A stretch of 55,800 nt of DNA from an uncultured archaeon (GCA_964371455.1 CAYJMB010000001.1:1-55800), one strand, 5' to 3'; shown: positions 17,759 through 27,917, numbered from the stretch's first letter. Numbers and translations: made by a program. Notes: generated from the letters alone by a model not told the origin.

Positions 17759-18597
17759 TGTTTCCTCTCCAGGTGCCATTTCAGAATGCCGACATTGGTG
17801 AACCACGTCGCAAACACATCAACAATCAGGCCGATAATAAGCACCAGTGCTATCCTTTCAAGGACAAAAGAACCGGTGATAAAATACAATGCAGACAATG
17901 CAGTCACCGTAGTCACAGTCATGACAAGGCCTGTTTTCATGCCGTTTGCAATCCTTTCAAGCATTTGCAGTTCGCGGGAACGCAGCATGTTAGTTGTAAG
18001 CAGAATATCAGTATCTACTGAATAGCCGATCAGCGTCAGTAAGGCAGCAAGAACAGGGAGCGAGAGTTCTATGCGCAGTACGTTCATGACACCAAGTGTT
18101 ATGCCGATGTCTACAATTACAGACAAGATTACAATGCCTGAAGGAACAGCCGAACGGAATATTGCAAAGACCACAATAGCCATGAGTATAAATGCCACTA
18201 TGAATGCCAACAGTGCCTGCTGGAAAAATATCTCGCCAAGAACAGGGCCAATAGTGCGCACACTTGGTTCGCCTTCAAAACTTACAAGAGCGCGCAATGT
18301 TTCAATTGCCTGCGTTTCATTTGCGCTATAAGGCAAACTAACCTGAAGCGTTTTTGTAATGCCTGACGTCAACTGGACCTTTGCGCCGGGCAGTGCATTT
18401 TCTAGTGCCCGGATATCGGCATCTTTGACAGCCACGCTGACTTGCTTGCCTCCCGTGAGTTCAACGTCCCTTTCAAGGATAAAGCCTGTTGTCAGTGCTG
18501 TGTTAGCCAGGATGACTGCAGAAATTACAAGAGCGATAATAGGCAGCCACATAAGCTTTTTGCTGTACCTATCCACGAACGCAAATATCGAGATCAT
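17755..18597 (-). CDS. secF: Protein-export membrane protein SecF
   Basis: 280 aa with SecF topology and a conserved TM block (LLTLIGYSVDTDILL). It is coupled to secD. Confidence 0.8.
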   Translation of the reverse strand: MISIFAFVDRYSKKLMWLPIIALVISAVILANTALTTGFILERDVELTGGKQVSVAVKDADIRALENALPGAKVQLTSGITKTLQVSLPYSANETQAIETLRALVSFEGEPSVRTIGPVLGEIFFQQALLAFIVAFILMAIVVFAIFRSAVPSGIVILSVIVDIGITLGVMNVLRIELSLPVLAALLTLIGYSVDTDILLTTNMLRSRELQMLERIANGMKTGLVMTVTTVTALSALYFITGSFVLERIALVLIIGLIVDVFATWFTNVGILKWHLERKQ

Positions 18598-18658
18598 TTT
18601 TGGTCACATTAAAGAACTCTTATCAATTATTTAAGTTTGAAACAGTTTTAATTCTAAT

Positions 18659-19747
18659 ATGTACGATGCTATATTTGTTGGCGGCGGCGTTGCCGGCTGC
18701 TACACAGCAAGCCTGCTTCCCAAGCATTTGGACACGCTGGTGCTGGAAAAGGACAAAAAAATCCGGCTGAAGGACAGCGGCATAGTGTCCACGCGCTTTG
18801 ATTCTTTTGTTCAAGAGCCCAGACTCATTAAAAACAAGGTGGATGAGATAGAGTGCATCTCGCCTTCTGGCAAAGCGTTCTCGCTGAAGAGCAGAGAACC
18901 GTTTATTTACATTCTAAAAAGAAAGAAATTTTCCCGTTATCTGAGACAGAAAGCAAAAGAACGCAGCACCTTTAAATGCGAGAACGTTCTTGAAGTCATT
19001 CGGAGGAAAGACTGCGTCACTGTGAGAACAAAAGAAGGCGAATACGATGCAAGAATAGTTGTGGGTTGCGATGGCGCGAACTCTATGGTGCGCAGGAGCA
19101 TGGGCATCAAGCCGCCTATCTTATCTGCAGGCATAATGGTCAAGACAAAAGAGAGGATGGCTGATAAAATAAAGGTGTTCTTTAACAAATATTATTCACC
19201 AGACTATTTTGCCTGGGTCATCCCACAGAATCGCGAATACGGCCTGATAACAGCGAAGCGCCCAAGGGAATATATGAATTATTTTGCTGCCAAGCAAAAG
19301 CTGCCACAGGGAAAGATGTACGCTTATCTTGTGCCTATGGGGATCACGGGAAGCTACGGCCATAGAACTTTACTGATAGGAGATGCGTGCGGCCAGAACA
19401 AGCCTCTGACTGGCGGCGGCATAATGTTCTCCCTTACTGCTGCAAGATTTGCCGCAGAGATAGTAAAAGATGCGTTTCAAGCAAATACATTTTCTGCTGT
19501 CTTTCTAAGCCATTATGAACGATTATGGAAATCACAGTTGCAGAAAGAAATAACCAGGCAGGAGCTTGTAAGAAAAATATACAGGAAACTCACAAACAAT
19601 GATATAGACAGACTGTTTGACGACTTCGGCGCGCACATAGAGATGCTTACCGGGTTTGATTACGACAAATTCAGCCTCTCGTCAGAAAACCTGCCAAAAT
19701 GGAAACTCTTCAAGTTCGCTATTGCAAATGCACGACATTTATTTTGA
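18659..19747 (+). CDS. Geranylgeranyl reductase-family FAD-dependent oxidoreductase
   Basis: It has an N-terminal YDAIFVGGGVAGC dinucleotide fold, GCDGANS, and GDACGQNKPLTGGGI, the pattern of archaeal lipid or prenyl reductases. Confidence 0.75.
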   Translation: MYDAIFVGGGVAGCYTASLLPKHLDTLVLEKDKKIRLKDSGIVSTRFDSFVQEPRLIKNKVDEIECISPSGKAFSLKSREPFIYILKRKKFSRYLRQKAKERSTFKCENVLEVIRRKDCVTVRTKEGEYDARIVVGCDGANSMVRRSMGIKPPILSAGIMVKTKERMADKIKVFFNKYYSPDYFAWVIPQNREYGLITAKRPREYMNYFAAKQKLPQGKMYAYLVPMGITGSYGHRTLLIGDACGQNKPLTGGGIMFSLTAARFAAEIVKDAFQANTFSAVFLSHYERLWKSQLQKEITRQELVRKIYRKLTNNDIDRLFDDFGAHIEMLTGFDYDKFSLSSENLPKWKLFKFAIANARHLF

Positions 19748-19796
19748 CATCCTATTCATTGTCGGCAATCTTATAAAGATTTAAATTGAATCTCAG

Positions 19797-20993
19797 ATGA
19801 TAACGTCTAAATCAGGTGCTTTGATGAACTTTCCCAGCATGCTGAAAAAATACTGGCCTGCAGCGATTGTTCTTGCAATAGTAGTGCTCGGGCTTTATGT
19901 CAGGATTTTTGACTACAGGTTTCCATACCTGCGCAACATAGACTCCTATGCATTCACAAGACAGATTGAAGATGTTGCCAACAATGGTTACCTGCCACAG
20001 CACGATGACATGTCCCTTGCGCCAGCAGGGCAGGACAGGCCTCTGGGGAGAGACCTGTACGTGTACATCATGGCTTACAGCTTTAGTTTTGTGAAGTTCT
20101 TTATCCCTGACTATACCCTGTTCCAATTCCTGATATGGGCACCTGCCTTTATGGCGGCTCTCATGGCAATACCTATGTACTATATAGGCAAGACATTTTA
20201 CGACAGGCGTGCAGGAATACTGGCTGCATTTTTTATTGTCTTTGACATAACAATACTTTCAAGAACACTTGGCGGAGATCCTGACAATGACACTTCGGTC
20301 ATGCTGTTCCCGCTTATAGCCATTGCTCTGTTCCTGCTCGCGTACAAATATACCAATGAAAAAGGCTTTACAAAAAAAGGAATTTTGTATACGGCGCTGG
20401 CTGGCATAGGGCTGGGTGCATGGGGCTATATCTGGAGCGGGTTTTGGTTTGTGATATGGCTCATAGCAGGATTTATCATTGTCAAGATACTCATGAAGCT
20501 CGTTAAGAACAGAAACATAACTGCGATCAAAGGGCTGAAACGGCCGATATTTCTTTTTGCAGCCATGATGACAATATTTTTTGTACTCACTGTGCCGTTT
20601 TTAGGCTCAAGAGTGATTACAGAGACGGTGCAGGGGCCTTTCTCTTTCGGGGATATAAAAAGCGAAGAAAACAGGGAATTTCCCAATGTTTACGTATCTG
20701 TGGCAGAGCTGCAGTCTGGGGGCGGCGTGCGTGAAATCCTGCAGAGGACAAACACGTACCTCTTTATTTTCATGATATTTTCTCTGATATATCTGGCTGT
20801 TTCAGCACTCATGAAACGGGAAGAGCATATTGATACATTCATACTTCTGCTGATATGGTTTGTGGGGCCGCTGATTGCAACAGGCATAGGCATCAGATTT
20901 GCTGTTTTGTTTTCTGCACCTATTGCTATTGGCTCTGCTATATTCATTTCCAAAATATTCAGAATAATTGACGGCGAAGGGGCTGCAGACTAA
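19797..20993 (+). CDS. aglB: Oligosaccharyltransferase AglB/STT3, N-terminal membrane part (ends at in-frame TAA)
   Basis: It has multiple TM segments, an EL1 acidic motif (LRNIDSYAF...NNGYLPQHDD...AP.G) and a second acidic motif (GGDPDNDTS). Confidence 0.7.
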   Translation: MITSKSGALMNFPSMLKKYWPAAIVLAIVVLGLYVRIFDYRFPYLRNIDSYAFTRQIEDVANNGYLPQHDDMSLAPAGQDRPLGRDLYVYIMAYSFSFVKFFIPDYTLFQFLIWAPAFMAALMAIPMYYIGKTFYDRRAGILAAFFIVFDITILSRTLGGDPDNDTSVMLFPLIAIALFLLAYKYTNEKGFTKKGILYTALAGIGLGAWGYIWSGFWFVIWLIAGFIIVKILMKLVKNRNITAIKGLKRPIFLFAAMMTIFFVLTVPFLGSRVITETVQGPFSFGDIKSEENREFPNVYVSVAELQSGGGVREILQRTNTYLFIFMIFSLIYLAVSALMKREEHIDTFILLLIWFVGPLIATGIGIRFAVLFSAPIAIGSAIFISKIFRIIDGEGAAD

Positions 20994-22325
20994 ATGGTTA
21001 ACAAATATCTAGGGAGTGCTATTGGCAGTATAGTGTTTATGGCTGCAGTGTTCCTTGTATACATTGTTTTGTCGTTTCCGTTAACTTATGCAATAGGCTT
21101 TGCAGTGGCGTTTCTGGCTTATATTCCGGCTCTTTACTTTGCCAGCAAGATGGCAAATTTCACAGAGAAAAATTTCACAGATATAACATTCCTGCATCTC
21201 ACTGCAGCAACAATTTTGCTGGCATTTACCTTCTTTAATATGATATTTTTGCTTGTTGTTATCCTCATAGTTGCAATAGCATTCGTGGTAATGAAGACAT
21301 TTTCTATCAGAGATCTTCTAAAGACACTGTTCATGTTTATCATTGTCTTCATAGCAGCGACAACATCTTTCCAACCTGCTGTTGCAATATCAGCTGGCCA
21401 GGGAACAGTGCTCAGCGACAACTGGTGGAACTCACTGAACTGGATAAGGAACAACACAGAAACATGCGCTGTTGTTGCGACATACTGGGACCCGGGGCAC
21501 TTCATCACAGGCATTGCCAAAAGGCCAGTTGTATTTGACGGTGCGTCGCAGAATGCGCTGTGGAATATAACTGCAGCTGCAGGCCTTTCAGACGAAGAGA
21601 TAAGAGAAATAGCGGCGAGCGAGAAGTTCAGGGCAACAAACGTCACTGTTAACGGAGAGGCAAAAACACTTATAGAGACGGCCAGGATACAGGATATAGC
21701 AGCAACGCTGTCAACGGACAACGAGACATTGGCGATAAAGATACTGGAAAAATACAGGAAGCCCGGGTGCGATGAGGTGTATTACCTCGCAACTGCAGAC
21801 CTTGTAGGGAAAAGTTTCTGGTGGACATACTTCTGGTCATGGAATCCCATTGACAAAGGATGCGCGACTCCTATGTCACAGATGGGACTGAGGCAAGCCA
21901 GACCTTCAACAACGGGAGGCATAACTTATGTTTACGAGGGCGGAATCCCAGCAGGCTGCAACAGACAGGCACCAGGACAGGTGATAATCAACCAGCAGAA
22001 CGAATCCTTGCAGGCATTTGTCCTTCGTGGCAACCAACTTGAGCCGGTGGAGCAGTTTGTTTATTTCACTAACCAGGGCGGTATACTCAGAACCCAGCCC
22101 AATGCGCCTGTAAAGGGCATGATCTTCATGGAGCCGAACAGACAAGGAGTTATTTTCATCCCAGAAGAGATCAAAGATTCTATGTTTACAAAGATGTTCC
22201 TCTTCAATGGACAGGGGCTGGAGCGCTTTCAATTTGTGGATTCCTGGGGCGGGGAGATAAAGTTGTTTAGGATAAGATTTAACAACGCGACAGCTAACAT
22301 CACTATGCTTCATAGTTTGCTCTAG
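20994..22325 (+). CDS. aglB: Oligosaccharyltransferase AglB/STT3, C-terminal part with WWDYG-type motif
   Basis: It has further TM segments, then a VATYWDPGHFI (WWDYG-variant) motif and a soluble C-terminal domain. It starts with an ATG directly after, and in frame with, the TAA of the preceding ORF. Confidence 0.7.
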   Translation: MVNKYLGSAIGSIVFMAAVFLVYIVLSFPLTYAIGFAVAFLAYIPALYFASKMANFTEKNFTDITFLHLTAATILLAFTFFNMIFLLVVILIVAIAFVVMKTFSIRDLLKTLFMFIIVFIAATTSFQPAVAISAGQGTVLSDNWWNSLNWIRNNTETCAVVATYWDPGHFITGIAKRPVVFDGASQNALWNITAAAGLSDEEIREIAASEKFRATNVTVNGEAKTLIETARIQDIAATLSTDNETLAIKILEKYRKPGCDEVYYLATADLVGKSFWWTYFWSWNPIDKGCATPMSQMGLRQARPSTTGGITYVYEGGIPAGCNRQAPGQVIINQQNESLQAFVLRGNQLEPVEQFVYFTNQGGILRTQPNAPVKGMIFMEPNRQGVIFIPEEIKDSMFTKMFLFNGQGLERFQFVDSWGGEIKLFRIRFNNATANITMLHSLL

Positions 22326-22375
22326 TAGACCTACGATTTGCAACAACTTATATTCCTTTGTTTCAGAATAACAAC

Positions 22376-23890
22376 ATGAACTATGCAGAAAGGCTCTTTA
22401 AGGGCAGCACTGTTGTATTTGCAGCAGCTATACTGGCAGCTGTGCTTGGGTATTTGCTCAGACTATTCATCGCACGCAACCTATCTGTAACAGATTTCGG
22501 GCTGCTGTATTCTATATTTGTGTTTATTGCTTTCTTCTCCCTGTTCAAGGACATGGGACTCGGCCCCACACTTGTCAAATTTCTTGCAGAATTTTCAGTG
22601 ACAGAAAACAAAGATAAAATCAAATCTTCTATTTTGGCTGTTGGAGTGGTACAGCTCATTGTTGCAGTTGCCATCATGGTACCGATAATAATTTTTTCTG
22701 ATGCAATAGCAATAACATACTTTAAGACCAGCGCAGCATCAGCCCCCCTGCAGTTCATCGCTCTTTCATTTGTTATCGGGACAACGCTTACAACATTACA
22801 GCATGCCGCTCAGGGCCTTGGCCATGTAAAGATTTACTCACTCGTAGAGCCCATCAGGATAGTTGTCTCTTTTGTATTTGTTTTTCTTTTTGTATACATG
22901 GGTGTTATAGGTGTCAGCTATGCGTACGTCTTGGGCGCAGTTGCGTCTGTAATATTCCTGGCATCTGGACTAAAACGGAACAAAAAAATTACAGGCAAAG
23001 CCGTTTTTGACGGGGCGCTTTTCAAGCAACTAATGAAATTTGGCATACCTGTTTTTATTGGCGGGTTATCCTCGCTGCTTTTATTTTATACAGACACGAT
23101 AGTGCTCACAGTGTTTCGCGGGCTTGAAGATGTCGGGCTTTACCAAGCAGCTCTTCCTACATCACAACTACTATGGGTGCTTGCTAACTCGCTGGCTGTG
23201 ATACTTCTGCCTCTGGTATCAGAAATGTGGGCAAAGAAGCATACACGTGAGATATCAGCGACGCTGGGCTTGATGTCAAAATTCGCATTTGCGATAGTGA
23301 TCCCTTTAGCAATCATAATAATCGCCTTTGCAAGTGACATATTAATCATACTGTTTGGTCAGGCTTATGCACCTGCTGCGATAGCGCTGCAAATACTTGC
23401 GATAAACTCCATGTTTTATACGCTTTTTGTCGTATTTTCCAATTCACTTATAGCTGTTGACAAGCCTGTATCAAATACAAAAATAACTGTTTTTATATCT
23501 ATACTAAATCTTGTATTGAATATACTATTTATTCCGCAGTACGGCATAGTTGCTGCTGCTCTGTCAACTCTGCTGGCTTACTTTATCGGCACAGTGCTCG
23601 CTTTTTATGCATTAAGAAAGAGGGTGCAGGTACGAATGGATACAATTTCACTAGCAAAGATATTTGCGGGCGGCATGATGTCGCTGATGATAATTTTTGC
23701 CATTAAGACAATACTTATTTTCAATATCTGGGCTGAGATCATTGTGTCGCTTGCTGCCGGGCTTGTGTTTTATTCTGTTTTTATTTTGCGTACAAAAGGA
23801 CTAACAAAAGAAGAACTAAAATTTTTGCAAAAATTGAAGATACCTTTTCCAAACTTCGCTGTAAAAATACTGGCGAAATTGGCTTCTTAA
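22376..23890 (+). CDS. Wzx/MOP-family polysaccharide (lipid-linked oligosaccharide) flippase
   Basis: About 505 aa with 12-14 TM segments and the typical polysaccharide-biosynthesis-protein layout. The ATG at 22376 is preferred over TTG 22358. Confidence 0.7.
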   Translation: MNYAERLFKGSTVVFAAAILAAVLGYLLRLFIARNLSVTDFGLLYSIFVFIAFFSLFKDMGLGPTLVKFLAEFSVTENKDKIKSSILAVGVVQLIVAVAIMVPIIIFSDAIAITYFKTSAASAPLQFIALSFVIGTTLTTLQHAAQGLGHVKIYSLVEPIRIVVSFVFVFLFVYMGVIGVSYAYVLGAVASVIFLASGLKRNKKITGKAVFDGALFKQLMKFGIPVFIGGLSSLLLFYTDTIVLTVFRGLEDVGLYQAALPTSQLLWVLANSLAVILLPLVSEMWAKKHTREISATLGLMSKFAFAIVIPLAIIIIAFASDILIILFGQAYAPAAIALQILAINSMFYTLFVVFSNSLIAVDKPVSNTKITVFISILNLVLNILFIPQYGIVAAALSTLLAYFIGTVLAFYALRKRVQVRMDTISLAKIFAGGMMSLMIIFAIKTILIFNIWAEIIVSLAAGLVFYSVFILRTKGLTKEELKFLQKLKIPFPNFAVKILAKLAS

Positions 23891-23938
23891 GATTTTCTTA
23901 TATGCTTGTGATATGGACATGATAGGCAGTGACATGAT

Positions 23939-24838
23939 ATGAAGGTGTGCGTTACAGGCGGAAGCGGGTTTATCGGTACTCACCTAGCCAGAGCACTGAT
24001 TACAGAGGGTCGTGGTGTTTCTGTGATAGACAAAGTAAGACCGGCTACCAGCATCGTTAATAACATAAATATTTTCCAGTGCGATCTTACTAGAAGTTTT
24101 AATACTTCTATATTTAGCGCCGATGCTGTTTTCCATTTCGCAGCTTCGGTTGATGTGAAGAAAAGCATGGAAAACCCTATGGAAAGCATAGAGAACAATG
24201 TTATTGCCACGCAAAATGTTCTGGATGCGTGCAGAAAGCAGGATGTAAAGAAAATAGTCTTTGCATCTACATCAACCGTTTACGGGAATGCGGACAAGAT
24301 CCCTACATCAGAAGACGCGGAACTGAGGCCCGTATCTGTTTACGGTGCCACAAAAGCGGCATGTGAAATGCTCATCAGGTCTTACTATGAAACATATGGA
24401 ATTGATGCACTTATACTTCGGTACGCTAACATCTATGGCCCGGGCAGCAGGCAAGGTGTCGTACAGGATTTTGTCAAAAAACTGTCTGCCGACACCTCGC
24501 AGTTAGAAATACTGGGAAATGGAATGCAGAGCAAATCTTACCTGTACATTGATGACGCTATTGCAGCGACACTATTGGCAGCAAACACAAAAGGGTGGAA
24601 TGTGTTCAATATAGGATCTGAAAAGCAGACAACAGTAAAGGAAATAGCAGAGATGGTCATAGATGCTATAGGGTTAACAAACGTGCAATTAAAATTCAGC
24701 AATGGAGTCAGCGGCTGGCCAGGAGATGTGCCAAGATTTTTGCTAGATGTAACAAAGATTAAGGCGCTTGGCTGGCAGGAGAAAACAGATATCAGAACAG
24801 GCGTCAGGCAATATGTGGAGTGGCTGGTGAGGCGATGA
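23939..24838 (+). CDS. NAD-dependent nucleotide-sugar epimerase/dehydratase (extended SDR)
   Basis: It has the VTGGSGFIGTHL Rossmann motif and a catalytic YGATK (YxxxK). Confidence 0.8.
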   Translation: MKVCVTGGSGFIGTHLARALITEGRGVSVIDKVRPATSIVNNINIFQCDLTRSFNTSIFSADAVFHFAASVDVKKSMENPMESIENNVIATQNVLDACRKQDVKKIVFASTSTVYGNADKIPTSEDAELRPVSVYGATKAACEMLIRSYYETYGIDALILRYANIYGPGSRQGVVQDFVKKLSADTSQLEILGNGMQSKSYLYIDDAIAATLLAANTKGWNVFNIGSEKQTTVKEIAEMVIDAIGLTNVQLKFSNGVSGWPGDVPRFLLDVTKIKALGWQEKTDIRTGVRQYVEWLVRR

Positions 24839-25698
24839 GCATACTTGTGGCAGGCAGCGCAGGATTTATAGGATCACATTTAATGGAGAGGCTGCCACAT
24901 GCAGAGACGTTCGACATCAAGACAGGACAGAATGGCCTGGACTTTGATCTTGTTAAGCGATGCGTAAAAAACAAAGAACTGGTTTTTCATCTTGCAAATA
25001 TGCCTGCCCACAGGCTTAGTGTTGAGAACCCTTACGAGATTGCCAAGAACAATTTCATGATAACGCTGAATTTTGCAGAGGCATGCAGGCAGTCTGACAC
25101 GAAGATGGTTTTTGCTTCTTCATTCAGCGTCTACGGGAAGCAGGCGCCGCCTTTCAGAGAAGACATGCCGATGCAGCCTGACACGCCTTACGGAGTGACA
25201 AAACAGGCTTGCGAGGAGATGCTAAAAATGTACAATGAAACTTACGGGATGGACATCATAATTGTCAGGCCCAGCAATGTATGGGGCAGCAGGGACTACC
25301 TACACGAACCGCTACAGGTGCTGCCGACATGGATAAACAATGCAAGGGACGGCAAGCCGCTGATCGTTTTCGGCGGGAACACGACAAGGGACTTCACACA
25401 CATCAATGATTTTATTGCAGGCATACTTCTTGCGAGTCAAAGAAACGGATGGGACATCTTTAACTTGGCTGCTGGAAAAGAGATTAAGCTTTTGGATATT
25501 GCGAAAGCTGTTTCAGACAATGTTACAGTAAAACCGCTGCCAAAATACGAGGCTGAGAGATGGTCTGGAGACAACACAAAAGCACGGACAGTTTTAGGCT
25601 GGGAACCGGAAACAGAGTTCTGGAGCGCGTTCCGGCAGTACTGCAGGGAGAGGTTAGGGAAAGAAATCATTTTCCCTGAAGAAAGCAATTTCACGTAA
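24835..25698 (+). CDS. NAD-dependent nucleotide-sugar epimerase/dehydratase (extended SDR), second copy
   Basis: It has VAGSAGFIGSHL and YGVTK motifs. Its ATG overlaps the preceding TGA (ATGA at 24835-24838). Confidence 0.8.
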   Translation: MSILVAGSAGFIGSHLMERLPHAETFDIKTGQNGLDFDLVKRCVKNKELVFHLANMPAHRLSVENPYEIAKNNFMITLNFAEACRQSDTKMVFASSFSVYGKQAPPFREDMPMQPDTPYGVTKQACEEMLKMYNETYGMDIIIVRPSNVWGSRDYLHEPLQVLPTWINNARDGKPLIVFGGNTTRDFTHINDFIAGILLASQRNGWDIFNLAAGKEIKLLDIAKAVSDNVTVKPLPKYEAERWSGDNTKARTVLGWEPETEFWSAFRQYCRERLGKEIIFPEESNFT

Positions 25699-25759
25699 AC
25701 ACTTCATTTTTTGCTCTATTCCTAAAACACTTTAAAAGGCTTTGATATTAGAATAGGTC

Positions 25760-26830
25760 ATGTCCAGGATTGTATGCGCACTTGGCAGAGTAGCATTTAC
25801 GTACAAGAAGAAAGAGCCGCCTAAAAAGATAGACAAGATACTCTTTCTCAAGATTGGAGCCCTTGGTGACGTGCTAATGACTACACCGCTCGTGAGGGCG
25901 ATCAGAAAGAAATTTATTCATGCCACAATTGATTACGCCTGCGGCAAGTCTTTTGCGAGTGCACTGCAATATAACAAAAACATCAATTACCTTATTCCAT
26001 TTGATGAACGAATATTTTTTAACAATGACTTTTCAGAACTAAGGAAGCTTGCTGTCAGGCTGAGGGGAAACAGGTATGATGTTATTTTTGTCCTGGATAA
26101 ACACTGGGCCGCAGGCTTGTTTGCGGCGCGGTGCGGCACTTTCAGGATAGGACTTGACAGATTTGGCGAAGGCTTTGCCAATAACCTCAATGTTTATTAC
26201 AGGCAGAACAAGCATGACATTGATGCATATCTTGACTTGGGCATATATTTCAGGGCAAAGCCTGCAGGCAGGGAAATGGACATAGCAATAACAAAACAAG
26301 ACAGGAAATTTGCACAGCGCGTCTGCAGCAAAAAATACATCGTCATTGCGCCTGGCGGGGCAAAAAATACAGGGCAGAGGGCGAAGATAAAGATCTGGCC
26401 CAAGGAAAATTACCTTCGTGTCGTAGACGCGTTATCTAAAAAATTTACTATCGTGCTTGTTGGCAACAAAAACGATAAAAAAATATCTTCCTGGATACGG
26501 AAACGCGCAAAGAACAAAAAGAAAATAAAGGACCTCTGCGGCAAAACAACAGTTGGGCAGACAGGGGCTGTCATGGCATTGTGCAAATTTGTAATCTGCA
26601 ACGATTCCGGGGCCATGCATATAGCATCGTGCGTGAACAACAATATTATATCTTTGTTTGGTCCGACAAATCCTCATGTGCTAGCACCTCTTAACAAGGG
26701 CAGTATATTCATCTGGAAGGAACAGAGGGCATGCTACGACATATACGGCAGATTCGGTACATGCAATAAGAACATAATGAAGAAAATCACTGTGGAGGAT
26801 GTGCTCAATGCGGCAAAAAGATACCAATAG
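25760..26830 (+). CDS. GT9-family glycosyltransferase (heptosyltransferase-like)
   Basis: The N-terminus has KILFLKIGALGDVLMTTPLVRAI. The C-terminus has DLCGKTTVGQTGAVMALCKFVICNDSGAMHIASC...LFGPTNP, the hallmark GT9 pattern. Confidence 0.7.
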   Translation: MSRIVCALGRVAFTYKKKEPPKKIDKILFLKIGALGDVLMTTPLVRAIRKKFIHATIDYACGKSFASALQYNKNINYLIPFDERIFFNNDFSELRKLAVRLRGNRYDVIFVLDKHWAAGLFAARCGTFRIGLDRFGEGFANNLNVYYRQNKHDIDAYLDLGIYFRAKPAGREMDIAITKQDRKFAQRVCSKKYIVIAPGGAKNTGQRAKIKIWPKENYLRVVDALSKKFTIVLVGNKNDKKISSWIRKRAKNKKKIKDLCGKTTVGQTGAVMALCKFVICNDSGAMHIASCVNNNIISLFGPTNPHVLAPLNKGSIFIWKEQRACYDIYGRFGTCNKNIMKKITVEDVLNAAKRYQ

Positions 26831-27917
26831 TCCGGGCAGCGCTATTAAAAAAGTGCTGATTATCAAAGGACCAGGAATAGGAGATGTTATAACATCTGTG
26901 CCGCTGGCCAGAAACTTCAAGCAGATACTAGGATGCGAGGTCCATATGCTGGAGGAATTCCCGCCTGAGAAGCAAGGAAAGGTTCTGATCAAAAACTGCC
27001 CTTACATAGACAAGATTGCAAGAATTGACTATAACATCTGGTACCTGAGGCCACATAGCGGGCATTTTTTGCGCGAGTTGTTTACACTAAGGTTCATTCC
27101 AGATGCATTCAGATTTATTCGCGATATCGCAAAACTAAGAAACGAAAAATACGATTTAGTGTTTGAGGGATTTCCCGGAACGCGGAATACGTACCTCCTG
27201 ACAAAATTCATCGGAGCAAAACTCAAGATATGCTGCGCAAGCCATCCTGCGAGGAAACTATACGACGAGTCTGTTGATATAACTGGCAAAAACATTGTCC
27301 AGCTAGAAAACAGCATTTTTGAACTGTTTGGCACCAAACTGACAGACGAAAAGCTTAAACTAGAAGTATTCTTTGACAAAGACCACATGAAGAAAACAGC
27401 AGATACAGTACTGAATGAACATGGGATAACAAAAAAATTGCCAATAGTCGGCATTAATACCGGACACAGTTATAAGAAGTGGCAGAATGTTAAATGGGCC
27501 AGGCTCATAGACAGCATTTCCGGGGCTGCTGTTGTGCTTGTCGGCGACAAAGAGCAGTCTGCAGACAGCAAGGAAATCCAGGCGCTCTGCAAGACAAAGT
27601 TTATAGACCTTACGGGGAAACTGAAACTGGAAGAGACTGCAGCAATTATGGAAAGAATGAGGATTTTCATATGCACAAATGGCGGGCTCACATGGATAGC
27701 TGCGGCCCTTGGTCTACCCACTGTAGTAGTGAGCGGGCCTACACCATACTGGTGGGACCCGCACACAAAAAACTGCAAAGTAGTAAGGAAAGCTGGGAAG
27801 ACATTTTATGAGCAGGAACAATATTCATGGCTTCAGCATGCACGCACAGATGACATTACAATAGAAGATGTAACGAAAGCGGCAAAAGAACTAGGGGAAC
27901 GCTATGGGAAAAATTGA
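26799..27917 (+). CDS. GT9-family glycosyltransferase (heptosyltransferase-like), second copy
   Basis: It has KVLIIKGPGIGDVITSVPLARNF and DLTGKLKLEETAAIMERMRIFICTNGGLTWIAAALGLPTVVVSGPT. Confidence 0.65.
   Translation: MCSMRQKDTNSPGSAIKKVLIIKGPGIGDVITSVPLARNFKQILGCEVHMLEEFPPEKQGKVLIKNCPYIDKIARIDYNIWYLRPHSGHFLRELFTLRFIPDAFRFIRDIAKLRNEKYDLVFEGFPGTRNTYLLTKFIGAKLKICCASHPARKLYDESVDITGKNIVQLENSIFELFGTKLTDEKLKLEVFFDKDHMKKTADTVLNEHGITKKLPIVGINTGHSYKKWQNVKWARLIDSISGAAVVLVGDKEQSADSKEIQALCKTKFIDLTGKLKLEETAAIMERMRIFICTNGGLTWIAAALGLPTVVVSGPTPYWWDPHTKNCKVVRKAGKTFYEQEQYSWLQHARTDDITIEDVTKAAKELGERYGKN

Noticed and set aside
20991-20993. Could the in-frame TAA in aglB, and the TAA at 54246 in the remnant gene, reflect stop-codon reassignment?
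   Set aside because: TAA, TAG and TGA all terminate well-supported genes at the expected ends. TAA ends the thiolase and DP1-like genes, TAG ends the DUF35 and nac genes, and TGA ends the HMGCS and orc1 genes. Global TAA recoding is therefore unlikely, and local explanations are preferred.
23916-23939. A direct repeat GACATGATA x2 (23916-23924 and 23931-23939) lies just upstream of, and overlaps, the first epimerase start codon.
   Set aside because: It is only 9 bp and two copies, in an A/T-rich short intergenic region. That is too short to distinguish from chance without comparative data.
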